Of a DNA stretch of 24,799 nucleotides, positions 19,248 through 24,799 are shown in pieces. The DNA lies in contig CAVYRH010000024.1 in the NCBI GenBank assembly GCA_963770835.1, positions 1 to 24,799 of the forward strand. The letters run 5' to 3'. Each line of letters starts with the position of its first letter. Position 1 is the first letter of the stretch. The notes under the pieces were generated by a model. That model saw nothing but the letters and a program-made list of their open reading frames with translations, searched no databases and was not told where the DNA came from. A program made the position numbers and the translations under genes. The DNA is from an uncultured Pseudomonadota bacterium (GTDB lineage Bacteria; Oederibacteriota; Muellerivitia; Muellerivitales; Muellerivitaceae).

Positions 19248-20087
19248 GTGGTTTGGTACAAGAATCCCAAGAAAGAAATTAAAAAAGCCGAGGGGAAAAA
19301 ACAGGTCCAGGTACCCCAGGGGCTATACGCCAAGTGCAAGGGCTGCGGGAGCATCCTTTACAACAAGGAATTCGATAAAAACTACAAGGTCTGCCCCAAG
19401 TGCGGGTATCATTACCAGCTTTCCGCCCTGGAGCGCCTTTATTTAACGATGGATTCGGGTTCCTTCCAGGAATTTGACGAAAAACTGAATTCCAAAAATC
19501 CCCTGGGGTTTCCCGAGTACGAGGACAAAATCAAGAAAGGGCAGGAAAAGGCCAAGATGACCGATGCGGTCATCACCGGCATGGGGAAGATTTCCGGCCA
19601 GCCGGCCTCCATCGCCATCATGGATTTCCAATTCATGGGCGGGAGCCTGGGCAGCGTGGTGGGCGAAAAAATAACCCGGGCCGTGGAACGGGCCATCGAG
19701 AAAAAAACGGGCATGGTCATTTTTTCCACATCCGGGGGGGCCCGGATGCAGGAAGGTATTTTTTCCCTCATGCAAATGGCCAAGACAGCCGCCGCCTTGG
19801 GGCGCCTGGACGAAGCGGGCCTGCCTTATATTTCCGTCCTGACTGACCCCACCACCGGAGGCGTAGCGGCTTCCTACAGCATGCTGGGGGACGTCAACCT
19901 GGCCGAACCGGGCGCCATGGTGGGTTTCGCGGGACCCCGCGTCATCGAGCAGACCATCCGGCAAAAGCTCCCCAAGGGTTTCCAACGCTCGGAGTTCCTC
20001 GTGGAGCATGGTTTCGTGGATGCCATCGTGCCCCGCAGTGAAATGAAGCAGACCTTGGGAAAGTACCTGAAGTTCTTCCGGCCGTGA
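19248..20087 (+). CDS. accD: Acetyl-CoA carboxylase carboxyltransferase beta subunit
   Basis: CxxC..CxxC Zn ribbon, FMGGSLG, SGGARMQEG and GFAGPRVIEQT motifs; GGAGG RBS. Confidence 0.98.
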   Translation: MVWYKNPKKEIKKAEGKKQVQVPQGLYAKCKGCGSILYNKEFDKNYKVCPKCGYHYQLSALERLYLTMDSGSFQEFDEKLNSKNPLGFPEYEDKIKKGQEKAKMTDAVITGMGKISGQPASIAIMDFQFMGGSLGSVVGEKITRAVERAIEKKTGMVIFSTSGGARMQEGIFSLMQMAKTAAALGRLDEAGLPYISVLTDPTTGGVAASYSMLGDVNLAEPGAMVGFAGPRVIEQTIRQKLPKGFQRSEFLVEHGFVDAIVPRSEMKQTLGKYLKFFRP

Positions 20088-21382
20088 TTCCAAAGCTTCG
20101 GCTGGAATCGCTGGAAAAGTTGGGGTGGCGGTTCGGGCTGGAGACCATCCAAGCCCTTCTTCGCGAATTAGGAAATCCCGAATCATCCCTCCGCGTCGTC
20201 CATGTGGCCGGTTCCAACGGCAAAGGCTCCACCTCCGCGTTTACGGCCTCCTTCCTCCACCATTGCGGGTATAAGACCGGCCTTTACACCTCCCCCCATT
20301 TGTGCGACATCCGGGAAAGATTCCGGGTCAACGGGACCTGGATTTCGAAGGGCGATTTTAACCGGCATTCCCATAGGGTTTTAGAAGCCTGCCGGAGGGT
20401 CCAAGAAAAGATGGGCCATTTACCGACCCATTTTGAGGCCCTGACCGCCATGGCCTTTTGCTGGTTCAAGGAACAAGGGGTGGATTGGACGGTTTTGGAA
20501 GTTGGGTTGGGTGGAAGATTGGACGCCACCAATGTCGTCCACTCCCCGGCTGTTTCCCTGATAACGCCGATCGGCCTGGAACACCAAAATATCCTGGGCA
20601 AAACCATTGAAAAAATCGCCTGGGAAAAAGCCGGGATTTTGAAGAAAGGCTGCCTGGCGGCAACCCTCCAGCCCCATTCCTCCGCGGCCCAAGTCATTGA
20701 CCGGACGGCGCGGGAAAAAGGATCTTTGCTTTGGCTGGAAGGCCGTGATTTTACTTACCGAAAGACGCACCAATGTTTTCATTGGGAAGGGCCCGGGCTT
20801 AGCCTGCATTTTAAAATGGCGGGTTTTCCGGAGTATCAAACCGCCAACGCATCGCTGGCCCTGGCGGGAATCCAATGTTTGAGGGCCTACGGTGTTCATG
20901 GGAGCGGCCAAGCTATCCGGGAGTCTTTTTCGAATACCCGCTGGCCCGGACGGTTGGAGGAAATCAGCCGGAAGCCCCTCGTCATTTTGGACGGAGCCCA
21001 TAATCCCGAGGCGGCCGGGGTTCTTTTAAGTTCCTTAAAAACGCGTTATCCCCGACGGAGATGGATTGTCTTAAACGGTTTTTTGACCGATAAGGATTAT
21101 GGGGCTTTTGCGGGGATTCTGCGGCCTTTAAGCGACCTGTCCATCGTGACGGAACCCCAGAGTGAAAGGGCCGAGGCCGCCCCAAAGGTTTTTAAGGCTT
21201 GGGAGGGGCAGGGGGTGCCGGCGTTATTAGTCAAAGACGGGGAGAAGGCCCTGAACTTGGCCCTTTCCAAATTGAGCCAATATAAACAGGCCGCGGGCCT
21301 TTTGATCACGGGTTCCCTCTATTTAGTCGGGGCTTGCCGGAAACAGCTGGTGGGCCTCAAGGGATTGGCGCATTTAAGCTAA
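20084..21382 (+). CDS. folC: Folylpolyglutamate synthase/dihydrofolate synthase
   Basis: HVAGSNGKGST, YTSPHL, EVGLGGRLDATN, WPGR, DGAHN and TGSLY motifs. Confidence 0.97.
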   Translation: MIPKLRLESLEKLGWRFGLETIQALLRELGNPESSLRVVHVAGSNGKGSTSAFTASFLHHCGYKTGLYTSPHLCDIRERFRVNGTWISKGDFNRHSHRVLEACRRVQEKMGHLPTHFEALTAMAFCWFKEQGVDWTVLEVGLGGRLDATNVVHSPAVSLITPIGLEHQNILGKTIEKIAWEKAGILKKGCLAATLQPHSSAAQVIDRTAREKGSLLWLEGRDFTYRKTHQCFHWEGPGLSLHFKMAGFPEYQTANASLALAGIQCLRAYGVHGSGQAIRESFSNTRWPGRLEEISRKPLVILDGAHNPEAAGVLLSSLKTRYPRRRWIVLNGFLTDKDYGAFAGILRPLSDLSIVTEPQSERAEAAPKVFKAWEGQGVPALLVKDGEKALNLALSKLSQYKQAAGLLITGSLYLVGACRKQLVGLKGLAHLS

Positions 21383-21476
21383 GCCTTGTGAATTTGATCA
21401 AAGATTCCAGCGTAAAGATTTAAACTGGTCCCGCCACTGAGGGCCCAGATTGAAAACCGCCTCCCGGAGGAATTCG

Positions 21477-22184
21477 TTGCGAAAGAAAAACAGGCAACCG
21501 ACGTTATCCATTATTGTCCCCGTCTTCAACGAGGAAAAAACCCTTTTGCACCTTTTGAAAAAGGTTCAAAAGGTAAAACTAAAGGGCTTGCGGAAGCAAA
21601 TCGTGGTGGTGGACGACGGGTCAACCGACAAGACCCGGGCCTTGTTGAAGAAAATAAAAATGCCCAACGTCGAGATTTATTACCATGAAAAAAACAAGGG
21701 GAAAGGCGCGGCCATCCGCACGGCCATCCCGCATACGACGGGGGATTATGTGGTTGTCCAGGACGCGGACCTTGAGTATGACCCCGCCGATTACGAGAAA
21801 TTATTGGTTCCGCTCTTGGACGGCCTGGCGGACGTGGTTTACGGGTCGAGGTTCATGGGCACGCACCGGGCCTTCATGTTCATGCACTATATGGGGAACA
21901 TCTTCCTCAGTGTCGTGACTAGTGTCCTTTACGGGACCATCCTGACTGATATGGAAACCTGTTATAAGGTTTTCAAGGGCGACATCCTCCGGGGGCTCAC
22001 CTTGCGCTCAAACCGGTTCGAGTTCGAGCCCGAGGTCACAGCCAAGCTTTTGAAGAAAAACTACAAGATTTTTGAAATGCCCATTTCCTACCGGGGAAGA
22101 AGTTTTTCCGAAGGAAAGAAGATCACCTGGCGGGACGGGATAACGGCCTTGGTGACGCTTATCCGCTACCGGTTCTCGGATTAA
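21477..22184 (+). CDS. Family 2 glycosyltransferase (polyprenol-phosphate glycosyltransferase/DPM1-like)
   Basis: SIIVPVFNEE, VDDGSTD, NKGKGAA, QDADLEYDP, YGSRF and TDMETCYK motifs; GGAGG 6 nt before TTG 21477. Confidence 0.93.
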   Translation: MRKKNRQPTLSIIVPVFNEEKTLLHLLKKVQKVKLKGLRKQIVVVDDGSTDKTRALLKKIKMPNVEIYYHEKNKGKGAAIRTAIPHTTGDYVVVQDADLEYDPADYEKLLVPLLDGLADVVYGSRFMGTHRAFMFMHYMGNIFLSVVTSVLYGTILTDMETCYKVFKGDILRGLTLRSNRFEFEPEVTAKLLKKNYKIFEMPISYRGRSFSEGKKITWRDGITALVTLIRYRFSD

Positions 22185-22295
22185 GAAGGTTCCCCGGGGG
22201 TAGGACTACGTTATTATTCACAAAGAAGGAAAAGCCTCAAATGGCATTTCCGTAATCCACTTCTCGGCTGGCCATTAAAAAGTTTGTCCACGACG

Positions 22296-24237
22296 GTGCG
22301 TCCAGAAAAGGCAGGTGTGTTCAGCAAGAGATAGTCTTGCATGGGTAATAGCCAAAGCCCATTAGCTAGGATGGCAGGCAAGCGGGAAACCAAATGCCTG
22401 AAGCCCATCAACAAAGCCATCGAAAGGATGGTGAGCGAGTCGTCGGGCCGTAACGAAAGTAAATGCACAGGTGGCCCCGAAAACACTTGCCTCGGAGGCT
22501 GAGTCCGCCGTCGTGGGACGAAAGCATCATGGGACAGCGCGGAGAAATGGCTGAAGCGCTGGAACACTCCGACGGGGTGATAGCAACGGCACGAAGACAA
22601 GGACACGCCAAGCAACTGGAGAAACCCTCCTTGCCCCAGGCAGAAATGCTTGGAGAAAGGTAGGCCGTATAACCGTGACGCGGGAAAACGGTCGAAGGTG
22701 AGAGGGTTTAGGATGGGTTCATGGTAGCGATGAAGCGGGGTAATGCCCGTGGAGCGAAGGAACCCTGCTGTTGTTAAGTCCCTCGACAAAACGGAAGGCA
22801 GTGACGGTATGAAAAAGACGTCAATTAACCTGCAAGACCTGAGACGAGAGATATACGTCAAAGCGAAGGCTGAAAAGAACTGGAGTTTCTGGGGACTGTA
22901 CACCCATGTTTGCAAGATGGAAACGCTTCAACAGGCTTACCGAATGGCTAAGGTAAATAACGGAGCCCCTGGAATAGATGGGGTGACGTTTGATGCCATT
23001 GAGGAGGCCGGAGTGGAGTCGTTTCTGGAAAGCATCCGGGGTGAATTAGTTCAAGGCACGTATAAGCCCGTTCGAAACCGGAAGAAGGAAATACCCAAGG
23101 GAAATGGGAAGGTAAGAGTCCTTGGGATACCCAACATTCGGGATAGAGTAGTCCAGGGAGCACTGAAGTTTATTCTGGAACCGATTTTTGAGGCCGATTT
23201 TCAAGAAGGGTCCTATGGGTATCGACCCAAGCGGACCGCTCATGCGGCTGTGAACAGGGTAGCATCGGCAATCGTCTGTAGAAAAACCCGAGTCATTGAT
23301 GTAGACCTCAAGGCATATTTCGACACGGTAAGGCACGACCTTCTGATGAAGAAAGTTGCCCGAAGGGTTGAGGATGAAACGGTGTTGAGATTGTTGAGGA
23401 TGATCCTGAAGGCCAGCGGCAAAAGAGGAGTCCCGCAGGGAGGGGTTATTTCCCCTCTTCTGGCTAATCTCTACCTCAACGAGGTGGATAAGATGCTGGA
23501 AAAGGCAAAAGAAGTGACTCGGCAAGGGAAGAACAACTATATCGAATATGCGAGGTTCGCTGACGATATGGTGATCCTTGTTAATGGATATCCGCAATGG
23601 GAATGGTTGGCAAAGGCTGCCTACCGAAGGTTACTTGAAGAATTGACCAAGCTCGACTTGCAAATCAACACGGACAAGACGCGGATAGCAGACTTTAACG
23701 AAAGGTGAAAGTTTCGGGTTTCTGGGGTTTGACTTTCGACAGGTGAAAACCCGTCGAGGGAAATGGGGGGTGAAGTTCACGCCGAAAATGAAGGCGCGAG
23801 CAACACTTCTGGGTAAGCTCAAGGAAACATTTGGAAGCTTCCAATCTCAGCCGGTGCAGAGGGTGATTGAGATTATCAATCCCAAACTGCGTGGGTGGGT
23901 GAATTACTTTCGGATAGGGAATTCTAGGCGCTGTTTTAACTACGTGGAAAGATGGGTCGAGAATAAAATCAGACGGCATATGATGCGTGCGAAGAAGCTC
24001 GACGGTTTTGGGCGGGATAGGTGGAGTAGGGAGTGGATATATAAGTATCTGGGGTTGTACAGAAGCTACCAAATACGATATTACCAAGAACCGAAAGCGC
24101 TACCCGTCTGATAGGTCACATAAACTTTGACAGGAAAGCAACAGGTGAGCGTAGTGCGGGAAATCCGCACGCTACGTTCGAGGAGGCGGGGACTGGAAAC
24201 GGAGCCAGAAGGCCACCGCACCAGTCCTCGACCCTAC
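22296..24237 (+). mobile_element. Complete group II intron (intron 1) with RT/maturase ORF and no endonuclease domain
   Basis: 5' GTGCG. Domain I closes TCCAG/CTGGA (22616-22620) and GTGTGTTC/GGACACGC. EBS1 CGTCGTG (22509-22515) is complementary to exon CACGACG (22289-22295). Domain V GAGCGTAGTGCGG-GAAA-TCCGCACGCTACGTTC (24147-24179); domain VI ends ACCCTAC. Confidence 0.95.
22809..24111 (+). pseudogene. ltrA: Group II intron reverse transcriptase/maturase with a +1 frameshift at about 23694-23696 (433 aa if repaired)
   Basis: GAPGIDG, LGIPNIRDRVVQ, SYGYRP, DLKAYFD, GVPQGGVISPLLAN and YARFADD. The second frame continues GESFGFLGFDF..INPKLRGWVNYF (domain X). Confidence 0.92.
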
Positions 24238-24254
24238 GGGACCCATCGTGGACA

Positions 24255-24799
24255 TCGTGCCAGAGGAGGGTTTGCAGAGCCAGCAGGTGAGGAGAGGCAG
24301 ATGAGGGTCAACCCAAGTCCTGACCAGGTAATCACCAGAGAGCCTGGAAGTCAGCCCCCGGCGTAGGATCGAGAGGTCCTGCCCAAAACGGGGTCATAAA
24401 CCTCATTTAGTGAGGGAACAATCCAGCAGTCCGCAACATCAAGTGAATCCTGCCGCTTCGTGAATGGGACACCAAAGGTGCAAGGGGATGCCGAGCCGCG
24501 TGTCTACTGGCGAAGGCCACGATCCCGCTGAAGAATCTGGTAGCAAGCGGGGCAAGTCCTCCGGAGTATGGGGAACGGAATGTTGGAAAGGCTATGCAAG
24601 CAAGCTGGGAGATCCTACCCGCCAAAAGACTTGCGCTATAAGGCTAAACCAAAAAGAGGCAAGGGGCGGAGGAAGTCGGAGGGGGTCACAGTACCGATGA
24701 AGGGGTGGACAACAAAACCACCCTGAGGGAAGGACCCCTGCTTCAACCATGTGTCTCAAAGAAGGTAGGCGCTCGAGCATGCCCCAAAAGGGCCAACAA
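24255..24799 (+). mobile_element. Second, distinct group II intron (intron 2): domains I-III, truncated by window end
   Basis: Domain I closes CCAG/CTGG and TTGCAGAGCC/GGCTATGCAA. EBS1 TGTCTAC (24501-24507) in a GCC..GGC stem-loop pairs with exon GTGGACA (24248-24254). GGAAGTCGGAGGGGGTCACAGTACCGATGAAG..GAGGGAAGGACCCC is a J2/3-domain III signature. Confidence 0.88.

Noticed and set aside
22214..22915. 233-aa minus-strand ORF and the small ORFs at 24127-24780
   Set aside because: They lie over structured intron RNA domains and have no protein motifs.
24779..24799. Start of the intron 2 RT ORF (ATGCCCCAAAAGGGCCAACAA)
   Set aside because: The position after domain III is plausible, but only 21 nt are visible, so frame and identity cannot be supported.
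22296..24799. Nested twintron, retron, DGR or CRISPR-associated RT
   Set aside because: Intron 1 is complete and ends before intron 2 begins, so the two are tandem rather than nested. The RT has domain X and flanking domains V/VI typical of a group II intron.

Overview
Bacterial core-genome window with all recognisable genes on the + strand. It opens with a tufB-type tRNA cluster (Thr-TGT partial, Tyr-GTA, Gly-TCC, Thr-GGT) that is split by a PEPCK-like P-loop gene and a frameshifted aspartase/class II fumarase gene. Next come tuf-rpmG-tRNA-Trp-secE-nusG-rplK-rplA-rplJ-rplL, with L1 and L10 autoregulatory RNA elements. rpoB does not follow rplL; instead there is a small repeat array, then a DinB-family gene, tmk-holB-metG-tatD, trpD-trpC-trpF-(TPR gene)-trpB-trpA-accD-folC and a GT2 glycosyltransferase. 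The window ends in two different group II introns only 17 nt apart. Removing the first intron rebuilds one 28-nt palindrome, and each intron's EBS1 pairs with its own site in that palindrome: intron 1 sits in the loop and intron 2 at the 3' foot. Other oddities are a tRNA-Trp(CCA) with a 4-bp anticodon stem alongside an in-frame trpC-TGA-ATG-trpF junction, an AT-rich unrecognised C-terminal tail on MetRS, and MITE-like units in the rplL terminator. Both frameshifts are single-base changes in short homopolymers and may be sequencing errors. All calls come from reading the sequence by eye; no searches were run.
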